NCBI GenBank assembly: GCA_963663965.2 | Contig: CAXXFK010000033.1 | Span: 128,001 to 192,000 of the forward strand | Direction of reading: 5' to 3' | Source: Sedimentisphaerales bacterium | Lineage (GTDB): Bacteria > Planctomycetota > Phycisphaerae > Sedimentisphaerales > SM23-30 | Length of the DNA: 64,000 bases | In this document: positions 13,566 through 24,334 of the stretch, one piece after another | Position numbering within the stretch: position 1 is the stretch's first letter | Layout of the letters: the number at the start of each line of letters is the position of its first letter | Program-made: the position numbers and the translations under genes | The notes under the pieces: generated by a model | What the model was told of the DNA's origin: nothing | What the model saw: the letters and a program-made list of their open reading frames with translations, nothing else | Databases searched by the model: none

Positions 13566-15125
13566 TTGAATTCTAAGTTATCCTCCAATTTAGGACCAGA
13601 AAGTCCAGATGATTTCGAACAGATTAAATCGAAAAGTGTCAGTGGTTTTCTTATTGGACTGAGCGAAGGAGGATTTACTTATGTGATCAAGTTGATTGCA
13701 ACCATGATCATGGCACGATTTATCGATCCTGCGGATTTTGGGTTGATTGCGATGTTAGCGACCGTGATGGTCTTTGCCGATCTGTTCAAGGATATGGGGT
13801 TGAATCTTGCCACTATCCATCGCCAGACGATCGATCATGAACAACTGAGCAACCTGTTCTGGATCAATACGTTCATTGGAATTGGTATCGGATTGTTGCT
13901 GGCATGGAGCGGTAATTTGCTGGCATGGTTTTATCATGAGGAGCGCCTGAAAATCATCTCCATTACGATGGCTTTCATTTACCCGGTCGCGGGATTGGGA
14001 GTTCAACCGCAAGCGTTAATGATCCGTCAGATGCGCTTTGGCCGGATGGCGTCAATTCGAATTGTGACTAATCTTGCCTCCAGTCTTGCCGGGATAATCC
14101 TGGCGATATTAGGGATGGGCTGCTGGGCGCTGGTTTGGATGCAGATTGTCTACATTTGCTTGTTAACGCTGTTATATTTTTCATTTTGCGGCTGGTGGCC
14201 GGCCCTTCCCAGGCCCAATCGGAATATGTACGGATTATTATCGTTTGGAGGCAATCTGACGATTTTTAATTTTTTCAATTACTTCTCGAGAAATATGGAC
14301 AATATTCTGATTGGAAGAATTCATGGAAGTTGGCAGTTGGGTTTGTATAGTAAGGCGTATTCGTTATTAATGCTCCCTTTAAGTCAGATCACCCAACCGA
14401 TAGGCGCGGTGGCGATTCCCGCATTATGCCGGCTCCAGGACCGGCCGGATGAATATGCCCGCTATTATTATCGGACGGTTGCTACCATAGCATTGCTAAC
14501 CATGCCAACAGTAGCCTTTGTTGCCGCATTATCTCATGAAATCGTCTGGATTGTTCTGGGGCCGGAATGGATCGCTTCGGCGGATATTTTTAAAGTGCTG
14601 GCGCTGGCCGCTTTGTTTCAACCTGTTTTAGCAACCACCGGGTGGGTATTTGTATCGCTGGGCCAGACCCGACGCATGGCATTATGGGGTTTTTGTTCCA
14701 TGCTTCTCATTGTGCTGTCATTCTATATTGGAGTTTATTGGCAGGCCATTGGGGTGGCCTGGAGTTATCTCATTTGTAATATTATAATATTAGTACCCAT
14801 CCTGAGTTACAGTTTTAAATGCTCACCGATTAAAATCGGTGTATGGTTCAGGCAAATCAGACACTTGCTGATCATGAGCATCCTGATATTTATTTTATCT
14901 CAGATGATCCATAGCTGGTTAACAGGAAGAATAGTATTGATTATGTGCCTGGCAGGTTTTGGATCAGCCAGTATCGTGTTGTTGGGGATGTGGATATGCA
15001 AAGAGTTACGTGATGTGTTTTGGGGAACCGGGCGCCAGATACGGGACCGGTTTAAAAACAAGTCCATTTTTGGTTTAGCGGTTAATTCATCGGAATCTCA
15101 CGGTTGTGTTAAGGATTCGAAATGA
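13566..15125 (+). CDS. Polysaccharide/LPS flippase (Wzx, WzxC-like, MOP superfamily)
   Basis: About 12 TM segments; MARFIDPADFGLIAM, FKDMGL, NMDNILIGR..G..QLGLYSKAY. Confidence 0.88.
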   Translation: MNSKLSSNLGPESPDDFEQIKSKSVSGFLIGLSEGGFTYVIKLIATMIMARFIDPADFGLIAMLATVMVFADLFKDMGLNLATIHRQTIDHEQLSNLFWINTFIGIGIGLLLAWSGNLLAWFYHEERLKIISITMAFIYPVAGLGVQPQALMIRQMRFGRMASIRIVTNLASSLAGIILAILGMGCWALVWMQIVYICLLTLLYFSFCGWWPALPRPNRNMYGLLSFGGNLTIFNFFNYFSRNMDNILIGRIHGSWQLGLYSKAYSLLMLPLSQITQPIGAVAIPALCRLQDRPDEYARYYYRTVATIALLTMPTVAFVAALSHEIVWIVLGPEWIASADIFKVLALAALFQPVLATTGWVFVSLGQTRRMALWGFCSMLLIVLSFYIGVYWQAIGVAWSYLICNIIILVPILSYSFKCSPIKIGVWFRQIRHLLIMSILIFILSQMIHSWLTGRIVLIMCLAGFGSASIVLLGMWICKELRDVFWGTGRQIRDRFKNKSIFGLAVNSSESHGCVKDSK

Positions 15126-15862
15126 AACGAATTATCAAAGCGATCCTGAATCGATTTAATTATGATGTTCATTGTTCGCCCCCGGCGCTGATTCATTCTG
15201 AGAAAGACCGTTTAAAAGTTGACCTTGGGTTATTAGTTCCCATGCTTGCGGCCAGAATACCGCAGGCAATTTTTGTTATTGTCGGGGCGAATGACGGGGC
15301 TATGGGAGAAGAACTGTTGCCCTGGGCTTTTCGTTATGATTGGCGGGGAGTATTGATCGAACCCCAGGAAGATATGTATCAGCAACTGGTGCAAAATACC
15401 GTTCCGATTTCGGACCGGGTATGCTGTATACGGGCGGCGGTGGATCATGAGGATGGCGAAAGAATACTGTATCGAATAAAATCCGATGCTGAATATCCCG
15501 ATTGGGTAAAGGGGATTGCTTCGTTTGACCGTGAATGTTTGTTAAAATGTAAAAAGTGGTATAAAGAGATTGAAAAAGATATTATTGAATCAGTGGTACC
15601 CTGTATGACTTTTGATCGCGCCCTTCATCAGGCTGGTGTGTCCAGGTATGATATTTTACAAATCGATACTGAAGGGTACGATTTTGAAATCCTGAAAATG
15701 GCTCGTATCGACACGGTTCGTCCGGCACTCATCAAATATGAGTATTGTCATTTATCGCGAACGGATTGGGATAAGAGTGTTCGTTATCTGATTCAGCATG
15801 GCTATCGGATCGCCAATGACTGGCGTGATGTGATTGCATTAAGACCCGATTTGATTGGATAA
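15122..15862 (+). CDS. FkbM-family SAM-dependent methyltransferase
   Basis: IVGANDG, GVLIEPQ, DILQIDTEGYDFEIL; ATGA overlap with the flippase. Confidence 0.88.
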   Translation: MKRIIKAILNRFNYDVHCSPPALIHSEKDRLKVDLGLLVPMLAARIPQAIFVIVGANDGAMGEELLPWAFRYDWRGVLIEPQEDMYQQLVQNTVPISDRVCCIRAAVDHEDGERILYRIKSDAEYPDWVKGIASFDRECLLKCKKWYKEIEKDIIESVVPCMTFDRALHQAGVSRYDILQIDTEGYDFEILKMARIDTVRPALIKYEYCHLSRTDWDKSVRYLIQHGYRIANDWRDVIALRPDLIG

Positions 15863-16116
15863 TGTCACTTTAAACGGAACGGGCAATTTTAAGGGAACCA
15901 CTCGAGCAATTGTTATCGGTCTATTTTAAGGCGTTAAAACGTAACGGCTTAATTCATGTGGCTATAGCGTATAACGTTGGATATTGTCATGCAGGGCTAT
16001 TTAAGTTTAACTATTATTTAGTCGATGAAGACGACAGTTCTAACTCCATTTGGAAGCCTTGGTTATGGGCAATAGTCTACCCATTTTAGATTCTGTCAAA
16101 ATATTCGAAAGCAGAT

Positions 16117-18483
16117 ATGTCCGGAATAAGACATTCCATTAAAAACAGACTGGTATTATCCATTACGTTCAGTGTGATATTAATCATGGCCGGTTTGATA
16201 GGTTATTCTTCGCATGAAATCAGGGAACTGGCTATTCAGCATGCCTACGAACATATCGATACCCTGGGAGAAAAGAGTGTTTCTCAAGTCGAAGCTCGAT
16301 TAAATACTGCCATCGCAACCAGTCAGGCAATCGCCAAGATTGCCGCTCGTTTTGACGTTACTGATTCGTCTGAATTTAATCAAGAACGTATTGAAGCGAT
16401 ATTAAGATCAGTCATAGAAGTGTCTTCTCATTACCTTGATGTCTTTGCTGTTGTGCCCAAGAAAGATATTACCGGATTATCTGAATATGACAGACATGAT
16501 TTATATGGCCCCAGAATGGTTCGGTGTAACAATATTACTGAATTGATAAAATATGAATATGCTGATCATCTGGAAAGTGATCCACTTTTCGGTGCAATAC
16601 ATAAAACGAAACAACCCGCCGTCGTTGGTCCGGTCAAGTGCCAATACGGTGATCAGGAGAAATATGTTGTCAGATTGGCCGCCCCCATTCTGATAGAAGG
16701 GCAAGTCGCCGGTATGGCAGGTGTTAGTGTCAGTCTGGACTGGATGCAGCAATTGATGGATAGCCTGACGCAGGACCAGTTTGGCGGTATGGGTGAAGTT
16801 GGCCTTGTGACGGATGAAGGTTTGCTGGTTGCCGTTGGCAATCGTTGCGACCTGGTGGGGGAAACGTTTGACAAGTATTTTCACCAGGAGGATATAGAGC
16901 AGGATCTGCAGCGGATCCGGCATGGATTTACGGGTGATGATGGCATGGAAGAGGGGGATGATCTATTTGAATTTTATTCACCGGTCTCGTTAGGTTCTTC
17001 AGAGGCAACACAGTGGTCAGTAATCATTCTATTACCCGTTGAAGCGATCGTACGCAGTTGTAATGCACTGGCTATAAAGCAAATTACCATTGGTTTGGTA
17101 TTTATGATGATCATCATTCTGGTTGTTATTTATCATGCCCGCCGGATAGTCGATCCCATTCGTGGACTTATTGAAATTGCCAAACAGATCGGCTCAGGGA
17201 ATATGGAAGTACCAATCCCCTCATATGGTCAGGATGAGTTAGGAGATCTGGCGGATAATTTGCGAGAGATGGTTTTCTACCGGCACGCAGTGGAAAGAGA
17301 ATTGTTTGACGCGATGCGGCAAGCAGAAACAGCCTGTACTGCCAAAAGCGAGTTTCTGGCCAATATGAGTCATGAAATACGAACGCCGATGAACGGGGTC
17401 ATTGGTTTGACGGATTTATTACTAAAGACAGACCTGGAGCCCAAACAGCAAAAATACGCTTCGATGATTCAGCATTCCGCCCGGGGTTTGATTACCGTTA
17501 TCAATGATATACTTGATTTTTCCAAGATCGAGGCCGGGAAACTGGAAATCACCGAAGCGCCTTTCGATATACGAGTATTGGCGGATAATATCTATTCGTT
17601 CTTTTATCAGAGCGCTCAAAATAAAGGAATCGATTTTAAAATTGAATGTGATGAAACTATTCCATACTGGTTGATTGGCGATGTCGATCGCATGCGCCAG
17701 GTATTAGTCAACCTGATTAATAATGCCATGAAATTTACCGCTACCGGCTATATCGACGTCAGTTTCGAATTGATTCGCAGTGATGGAGATTATGCTGAAA
17801 TCGTTTTGCGAGTAAAAGATACCGGTATTGGAATCCCTCGCGAAAAACAGGCAAAGATATTTGAAAAATTTACCCAGGCGGATTCTTCGACCACGCGCAA
17901 ATATGGCGGCACCGGTCTGGGATTGAGTATTACTGAGCGACTCGTTACGATGATGGGAGGAACCATCAGTCTGGAAAGTGATATGGGAAAGGGGACAACT
18001 TTCTTTGTACAGTTTAAATTGAAAGTCGGTACTCAACCGATCAATATCCTGCCGGAATTTGAAGCGGCTTCGAGACACGCCTCTCAAGGCATCGGTCTCA
18101 ATATTTTATTAGTGGAAGACAACGAGATTAACCAGGAAGTCGCGGTGGGTCTGCTGGAGATGATGGGGCATTCGGTCCATATCGCAGAAAATGGCAGGAA
18201 GGCCGTTGAGGCGGTCGAACAGAACGCGTTCGATCTGATTCTGATGGATGTCCAGATGCCGGTTATGAATGGTCTGGAAGCGACCACCGTTATCAGGGAA
18301 TTCGAAAAGGAGACGGGGCAGTATACTCCAATCATTGCCATGACTGCCAATGCGATCAAGGGAGATGACGCGATCTGTCTTGCCGCGGGTATGGATGGTT
18401 ATGTCAGCAAACCGGTTGAACCTGATTTGCTTAAGGCAGAAATCGAAAGAGTCATGGCCATGATTTCAATTCAGAAAGAATAG
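16117..18483 (+). CDS. Hybrid sensor histidine kinase (Cache-like periplasmic domain-HAMP-HisKA-HATPase-REC)
   Basis: Two TM segments around a large periplasmic region; [38 protein letters not shown]. Confidence 0.93.
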   Translation: MSGIRHSIKNRLVLSITFSVILIMAGLIGYSSHEIRELAIQHAYEHIDTLGEKSVSQVEARLNTAIATSQAIAKIAARFDVTDSSEFNQERIEAILRSVIEVSSHYLDVFAVVPKKDITGLSEYDRHDLYGPRMVRCNNITELIKYEYADHLESDPLFGAIHKTKQPAVVGPVKCQYGDQEKYVVRLAAPILIEGQVAGMAGVSVSLDWMQQLMDSLTQDQFGGMGEVGLVTDEGLLVAVGNRCDLVGETFDKYFHQEDIEQDLQRIRHGFTGDDGMEEGDDLFEFYSPVSLGSSEATQWSVIILLPVEAIVRSCNALAIKQITIGLVFMMIIILVVIYHARRIVDPIRGLIEIAKQIGSGNMEVPIPSYGQDELGDLADNLREMVFYRHAVERELFDAMRQAETACTAKSEFLANMSHEIRTPMNGVIGLTDLLLKTDLEPKQQKYASMIQHSARGLITVINDILDFSKIEAGKLEITEAPFDIRVLADNIYSFFYQSAQNKGIDFKIECDETIPYWLIGDVDRMRQVLVNLINNAMKFTATGYIDVSFELIRSDGDYAEIVLRVKDTGIGIPREKQAKIFEKFTQADSSTTRKYGGTGLGLSITERLVTMMGGTISLESDMGKGTTFFVQFKLKVGTQPINILPEFEAASRHASQGIGLNILLVEDNEINQEVAVGLLEMMGHSVHIAENGRKAVEAVEQNAFDLILMDVQMPVMNGLEATTVIREFEKETGQYTPIIAMTANAIKGDDAICLAAGMDGYVSKPVEPDLLKAEIERVMAMISIQKE

Positions 18484-18662
18484 TCACCTTGATTTTATAC
18501 TATTCCTGGCCGAGATGTTATGGTTCCAATTTAGAGTTCGTTTTTCTGACCCGACGGCGCCGGAGCCCAACCGGGTCACAGCCGTATTTGCCTCTCGGTT
18601 GAGATTTCTTTGTCATTTTGCACAAAATATGACTTGTAAGAGACTACCAATTCAATCACGGG

Positions 18663-19433
18663 CTAAGTCTTCTGATTGGCCCGCTGAATATCGGCTTGTT
18701 GACGCATTCGTTCGATGATGGTCGTGGTTTTGGCATGTGGGGAACTGAATTGTTGTGAAAGAATAATTTCTTCCATGTCGGCCGCTTTGTTCTCGGCATC
18801 CAGATGTTTCATGAACTCTTTGGCCACCCCCAATCGTTTTTCGGCAATTTGCCGTACACAATCAAAGCGAAAACTTTCGCGTAGCCGGGCAGACCAGTAA
18901 TCGTATTCGATTTTTCGTTTCCAGCTGGTCAGGGCTTCTGTGACACCCCGGCCATGGACCAGATAACGGCGCAGTTCATTGAATACTCCCACGGCTCCCA
19001 TATCGTCAAGGTTGCGGGCATCGGATAATATCATTGCTTCAATCAGACGCGTGTCACGTTTACCGGATTCGATGATCGTGCTGCAAACCCGTTCCATTTG
19101 CCGCGGATTTAAAATTCCAGCGAGCTTTTCCTGGACGGTCTGGGCTGAAAAGTCCCTTAAATCTTCATCCGTCAGATCAGCCAGGACCATTCGGGCAACT
19201 TTGTCTTCCTGGCTGGCATATTTGGCAAAACCCGCATCGCGAAATAACGCCGCGATATTCAAACATTCGCGATCAATTTGAAAACGCTTTACTTCTTCGA
19301 ATTGGCTGATATTACCGCAATGACGCAAAACCCGCATGGCGCGATCAATTAAATAATAATCGGGGGTGCCTTTTATGGTCGGTATAACCAGTACGCTGGT
19401 TGCAATTTCCTTAATGACCATCAACTCCGCCAT
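18663..19433 (-). CDS. HD-fold protein with degenerate metal ligands
   Basis: DRAMRVL...LNIAALFRDAG...EAMILSDARNLDDMGAVG matches HD-domain spacing, but HD is RD. GGAG RBS before ATG 19433. Confidence 0.65.
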   Translation of the reverse strand: MAELMVIKEIATSVLVIPTIKGTPDYYLIDRAMRVLRHCGNISQFEEVKRFQIDRECLNIAALFRDAGFAKYASQEDKVARMVLADLTDEDLRDFSAQTVQEKLAGILNPRQMERVCSTIIESGKRDTRLIEAMILSDARNLDDMGAVGVFNELRRYLVHGRGVTEALTSWKRKIEYDYWSARLRESFRFDCVRQIAEKRLGVAKEFMKHLDAENKAADMEEIILSQQFSSPHAKTTTIIERMRQQADIQRANQKT

Positions 19434-19599
19434 TATTTTCTCCAACTGGGGTTAACAGGCAACTGGTACACAAGTGGACCGCAAAAATCAAAATTCAATT
19501 CATCCGAGTTATCGGTATTATATCGACTTTGACTTGAAAATGGACAGGAAAACCCGGAAAAAACCGCAGGTAATCAAAGAAAATGCTGGCAGTGTCTGT

Positions 19600-20439
19600 T
19601 CATTGATGCGTTCTGCTGCTATAGCGTGTTGGATCATTTTCGGGAGTCATTTGTGAGTGTGGATCGATGTTGATCTGTCCGGTATCAAATAAATGACCAA
19701 GAATCCTTCTTCTCAATAAGGTTAGCGGGCGAAATAAAATGCGATGCAATTGGATTAACTTGCTGGTTCGATAGGTTTTTAAGTATTCCGCCTTGGGCAT
19801 TTTTTTTCGCAGGAAGCGGCGTTTATGCTTGTTGAGGTGGTATAAGTCTTCGGCTTGTAACCGGTTAAGAATCATTTGGCCTATCGCTTTCCAAGGTTTA
19901 TTCCAATCAATGCGGATTGAAATCTGAAAATCAATCAGCCAGGGTTTACGATCCTCACCAACCAGAATATTGCCTTTTTTGTTCATATCGATATAGGCAA
20001 TATGATGAGCATGAACCGATTTTATCAGAGATTCCAGGTTATCAAAAAAATCATCAGGAAGTTCCTGGGTCTGATCCAATGACCGGCCTTCAATATATTC
20101 ATAGACAAGGCCGGTATCACCAAATTGAGAAAGAAATCTTGGAGTTCCCGGCAGATGCGTGAGTTGCTTTAAGATTCCGCATTCATTATTTTGTAAATGG
20201 CGACCAATCCAATTGAGTGGGAGGCCCAGAATGTCGCCGGTACGATTAATTTTAAGTACGATATTTCCAGGGGAGGTGGACTGGAGGTTAGAATCTGTTA
20301 TGGTGTAAAGAGCTGTAAAGGCAAAGAAATCATGTTTAAATGTTCGGGTATATTTATAGGTTGATTCAGTCAGGTTGATAACCGCAGGGATTTCCTGACG
20401 CCCTAATGCTTGAAGTTGATTTCCTAAATTTTTTATCAT
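19600..20439 (-). CDS. Atypical protein-kinase-like (RIO/Kdo-like) protein
   Basis: IVLK, YEYIEG, HIAYIDMNKKGNILV, WLIDFQ motifs. Confidence 0.72.
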   Translation of the reverse strand: MIKNLGNQLQALGRQEIPAVINLTESTYKYTRTFKHDFFAFTALYTITDSNLQSTSPGNIVLKINRTGDILGLPLNWIGRHLQNNECGILKQLTHLPGTPRFLSQFGDTGLVYEYIEGRSLDQTQELPDDFFDNLESLIKSVHAHHIAYIDMNKKGNILVGEDRKPWLIDFQISIRIDWNKPWKAIGQMILNRLQAEDLYHLNKHKRRFLRKKMPKAEYLKTYRTSKLIQLHRILFRPLTLLRRRILGHLFDTGQINIDPHSQMTPENDPTRYSSRTHQ

Positions 20440-20799
20440 AACTTTGTTGGGTTAAGCAATCTCTCTAAAATGGAAATTAGAATATTGAATTTTTATAAGT
20501 CCAAATTAATACGGATAATTAATCCGGACTTTATAACTCATGTCAAGGGGCCCCCATTATTCTAGATCAAATTCAGGTTTCGGACAATGACAATCCGCGT
20601 GCAAAAGTTATTGAAATCATAGACAGAGGTGATAGATCATTATTATGAATAATCTTGGATGATTCAGTAAACAGAAAACTAAGATAACAATTTTGAAAAA
20701 ATTAAATAATTATTTATATCGCAGGGAATTTTCGGGGCATGTATTTAAATATCAAGGTTTTTATGAGATAAGAATAAATAATTGAAAAAAGATAACTTG

Positions 20800-20828
20800 T
20801 TGAAGTTCATGAAGGATAAGAGTATAAT
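20800..20828 (+). promoter_or_regulatory. sigma70-type promoter upstream of the prepilin-type gene
   Basis: TTGAAG-N17-TATAAT. Confidence 0.55.
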
Positions 20829-20937
20829 CTATATTGTAAAGAGTCATATATCAGGCACATAGATGTTATTCAGGTGTGAATTATAAATGGCTTTATGGGA
20901 TAAAGTCAGATTTTTAGTATTGCGGCATCGCAAGGTG

Positions 20938-21819
20938 ATGTATCCGTATAGGCGCACAGGGTTTACGTTAATTGAATTGTTGGTGGTTATCGGAATAATC
21001 ATGATCCTTTTGAGTATTTTAACACCCACTTTGGGACGGGTACGTCGGCAGGCGCTGCAATTGGAAGGGATCTCGGATCAGCGTTCGGTCAACCTGGGAG
21101 CGAATGAATATGCCAGTGATCACAGGGATCGATATCCGGAATCAATCGCAACTATTGGTCAGATCGATACCTGGTGGAACTGGCAGGAGCCGATGATGTT
21201 AACCGGCTATCGAGCCCGCAGTCCGCGCATGTACCGGGCGATGTCTTCCTATCTGAAAAGTTATGTCGAGTCCGAATCGGTTTTCTGCCCAAGCGCACCT
21301 GAACCCTATTCCTATCTGGCGCAGGCATGGGAGGCCGGCGATGACTGGGACAATCCATCTACCCCGCCGCTGGAAGATCCTGTAACTGGAATCTATTGCT
21401 ATTATTGGAATTATATAGGATATCTGGACGGCAAACGGGTGTTTCGTGGACCGATGAGTCTCGATGGAAGGCGGGGATATAGCACTATCTTATCCAGTGA
21501 TTATTTCGGTTATAATCATTGGCGCAGTCCCGAGGCATGGAGCAGTTGTGAAAAGATGAAAGGGGCTAAAGTCACAGAGGGGACTTCAGTTTCTTCATCA
21601 TACTGGTCGGTTATGCAGGAAACCTGGGATCCAGATAATGGCAATTCGCGCCCCGAGGTAAAATTGAACGCCTCTTATATTGATGGACATGTTGAAAACT
21701 GGTCTCCCAATGAATCAGGAATAATCAAAGTCGCAATTACTGCAGATGGCAGTTATGCGTATCCAGATGGCGCCGGACCGGGGGATATCTATTTGCCCGC
21801 CAAGGCCTTTACCCGTTGA
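20938..21819 (+). CDS. Prepilin-type N-terminal cleavage/methylation domain protein (planctomycete DUF1559-like)
   Basis: RRTGFTLIELLVVIGII, VFCPS, C-terminal LNASYIDGHV. Start uncertain (20887 or 20938). Confidence 0.85.
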   Translation: MYPYRRTGFTLIELLVVIGIIMILLSILTPTLGRVRRQALQLEGISDQRSVNLGANEYASDHRDRYPESIATIGQIDTWWNWQEPMMLTGYRARSPRMYRAMSSYLKSYVESESVFCPSAPEPYSYLAQAWEAGDDWDNPSTPPLEDPVTGIYCYYWNYIGYLDGKRVFRGPMSLDGRRGYSTILSSDYFGYNHWRSPEAWSSCEKMKGAKVTEGTSVSSSYWSVMQETWDPDNGNSRPEVKLNASYIDGHVENWSPNESGIIKVAITADGSYAYPDGAGPGDIYLPAKAFTR

Positions 21820-21950
21820 TTATGTCAACGGTGGGCTGTCCAAAACGGGACGGTTGATTTTAAATTGTTTGATCTTTTCCTTGTACAATTTTATTTTTTC
21901 AGTATAATTCCTTTTCTCGATATTTTTTCGAGAAATAAAAAATTATATAA

Positions 21951-22024
21951 GCGCCCGTAGCTCAACTGGATAGAGCATTGGTCTACGGAACCAAAGGTTA
22001 GAGGTTCGAATCCTCTCGGGCGTA
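21951..22024 (+). tRNA. tRNA-Arg (anticodon ACG)
   Basis: Acceptor stem GCGCCCG/CGGGCGT, D-arm GCTCAACTGGATAGAGC, anticodon arm TTGGT-CTACGGA-ACCAA, T-arm AGAGG-TTCGAAT-CCTCT; CCA not encoded. TTGTAC-N16-TATAAT promoter at 21881-21908. Confidence 0.97.
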
Positions 22025-22026
22025 TG

Positions 22027-22060
22027 AAAGCCGTTGACTTAATTGTCGGCGGCTTTTTTT
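22027..22060 (+). terminator. Rho-independent terminator after tRNA-Arg
   Basis: AAAGCCGTTGAC-TTAATT-GTCGGCGGCTTT followed by a T-run. Confidence 0.85.
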
Positions 22061-22364
22061 CTGATTGTATGACAGACTGGGATCGGTAGCGATATATTAT
22101 CAAAATCGATGATAATTCGCGTTATGGTCAAGTTTTCAAAGCAATGCTGGTAGTGATTGGTGCGTTTTTGAGAATGTAACGGAAGGAAGCAGATTATATA
22201 CCCATCGGGTAAGGAAATATCCGATCACTTGCAGGCTGAGTTGTAATCGAAAGATCTATTTTACGGCCAAGTGAGCAATATTAATCGTTAATGAGATAGA
22301 TTTGCGTTAAGATCAGTATGTAGTACACGTATAGAACCTCAGTTAGAATTCCTTGGGACCACCT

Positions 22365-23867
22365 ATGAAACGGAATCAATATAATCGACGGAGTTTTTTG
22401 AAAAGTACGGCTCTTGGCCTTACCTGGCTTGTCGGATGCAGGTCTGATGGACTTGATCCAGCTTTATTGGGTGGGGTACATACAAAACCCAACCTGTTGT
22501 TCGTATTTGCCGATCAATGGCGCGCGCAGGATATGGGGTATGCCGGTAATCCGGATATCCTGACTCCTAATTTTGATCGTTTGGCGGACCAGAGTGTGAA
22601 TTTTGTCAATGCCGTATCCTGCTGTCCGGTGTGTAGTCCGTTCCGGGCCAGCCTGATTACGGGGCAATATCCCCTGACCCATGGTGTTTTTTTAAATGAT
22701 TTGCGTCTAAATAATAACGCGGTGTCTATTGCTCAGGTTTATCGGCAGGCTGGTTATCACACGGGCTATATCGGTAAATGGCATCTGGATGGGACTGGCC
22801 GAAGTGCGTTTATCCCGCCGGAAAGACACCAGGGCTTTGGATACTGGAAGGTGCTGGAATGTACCCATAATTATAATCATTCAGAATATTACGAAGGGGC
22901 TGATGCTCAGAAACGGATCTGGCCGGGCTATGATGCGATTGCGCAGACTCAAGATGCTCAAAACTATTTGAAAGCCCGATCTGATGATCAGCAGCCATTT
23001 ATGCTGTTTTTATCCTGGGGTCCACCTCATGCCCCGTATCGTACCGGGCCATCGGTTTTGCTGGCTCAGTATGATAAAAAGCCGTTGACTCTTAGAAAAA
23101 ATGTTCCGGAAGCATCCAAGGAGAAAGCAATACGGGATACCGCCGGATATTATGCTCACTGCACCGCCCTGGACCAGTGTATGGGGGAGCTATTGCATAC
23201 TTTGACGGAAACGGGTCTGGATCGTAATACCCTGGTCGTATTTACTTCGGATCATGGCGACATGCTCTATTCCAGAGGCGAATTGAAAAAGCAACGACCC
23301 TATGATGAGTCGATCCGCATTCCTTTTCTGGTACGATGCCCTACCGAATGGAAGGTTGCCCCCCGTCAGATCAAGATGCCGATCAATTCCCCCGACATTA
23401 TGCCCACCCTGCTTGGATTGAGTTGTTTGCCTGTTCCGGCCAGCGTGGAAGGCGAAAATCTGGCGAAGGTCATCTCCGGTGGTCAACCTGATAGTGACCG
23501 GGCGGTTCTGATCATGTGTGCCAGTCCATTCGGTCAGTGGACTCGCGATCAGGGTGGCAAAGAGTATCGCGGGATACGAACGGCACGTTATACTTATGTT
23601 AAAGATCTGGATGGGGACTGGTTGTTATATGATAATGAGATTGATCCCTGGCAGCAGCAAAACCAGATTCATAATCCGGCTTATCGTACGGTCAAACAAG
23701 AACTGGCCAGTCAACTGCAAGTCCTGCTGGATCGAACCGGCGATGAATTCCTGTCAGGGCCGGAACTGATCCGGCGTTGTGGCTATCGGGTGGATAAAAA
23801 AGAGACCATCAATTATCAGGATCAGTCCAGTTATGGCCAGGTCAGTGTCTGTTGTCGAAAAGGGTGA
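22365..23867 (+). CDS. Formylglycine-dependent sulfatase, Tat-exported
   Basis: RRSFLK Tat motif; KPNLLFVFADQ, CSPFRASLITG (CxPxR), GKWHL, FTSDHG. Confidence 0.95.
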   Translation: MKRNQYNRRSFLKSTALGLTWLVGCRSDGLDPALLGGVHTKPNLLFVFADQWRAQDMGYAGNPDILTPNFDRLADQSVNFVNAVSCCPVCSPFRASLITGQYPLTHGVFLNDLRLNNNAVSIAQVYRQAGYHTGYIGKWHLDGTGRSAFIPPERHQGFGYWKVLECTHNYNHSEYYEGADAQKRIWPGYDAIAQTQDAQNYLKARSDDQQPFMLFLSWGPPHAPYRTGPSVLLAQYDKKPLTLRKNVPEASKEKAIRDTAGYYAHCTALDQCMGELLHTLTETGLDRNTLVVFTSDHGDMLYSRGELKKQRPYDESIRIPFLVRCPTEWKVAPRQIKMPINSPDIMPTLLGLSCLPVPASVEGENLAKVISGGQPDSDRAVLIMCASPFGQWTRDQGGKEYRGIRTARYTYVKDLDGDWLLYDNEIDPWQQQNQIHNPAYRTVKQELASQLQVLLDRTGDEFLSGPELIRRCGYRVDKKETINYQDQSSYGQVSVCCRKG

Positions 23868-23870
23868 TTT

Positions 23871-24326
23871 ATGGCAATTCATAAATGGATTCAAATTACT
23901 ATGCTCCTCGTGATGATTGTTACTGCCGGCTGTCATCGGTTGGAGCCGCCTCAACCGGTTAACGCGCAAGTGGCCGGTTTATCTGCACGAAGTTATTATC
24001 TGACCTCCAGCACTTCGCCTGAAGCTTTGCTGATCGCTCGTTGTGTTGCCTGTGATGAATATGGCACTCAAAAGAAGGGGGATTGGGTCACGCATTATTA
24101 TCTGACCCAATGGGAGATATTAAAGAAAGAGGGTCGCTGGAACGAACCGAATCTGGTGTTTGTTTACCTGGATAGCTGGCCAACGCCCCAATCCGGCATT
24201 CGGGTGAAGAGAATGCCGTTTCCGTTCCATGTCGGACATGATATAGTCTTTTCGGTTGTGTTTAAAGACAATATCAACTGGATTATGGATTATCAGAAGA
24301 TTGATTCCCTGGAAAGAGGACTGTAA
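23871..24326 (+). CDS. Hypothetical lipoprotein
   Basis: Hydrophobic N-terminus ending in a TAGC lipobox-like motif; tightly packed between the sulfatase and GH106 genes. Confidence 0.6.
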   Translation: MAIHKWIQITMLLVMIVTAGCHRLEPPQPVNAQVAGLSARSYYLTSSTSPEALLIARCVACDEYGTQKKGDWVTHYYLTQWEILKKEGRWNEPNLVFVYLDSWPTPQSGIRVKRMPFPFHVGHDIVFSVVFKDNINWIMDYQKIDSLERGL

Positions 24327-24334
24327 ATCAGAAA

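Noticed and set aside
21951..22060. tRNA-Arg as an integration site
   Set aside because: No integrase and no duplicated tRNA 3' end seen in the window; the native terminator follows directly
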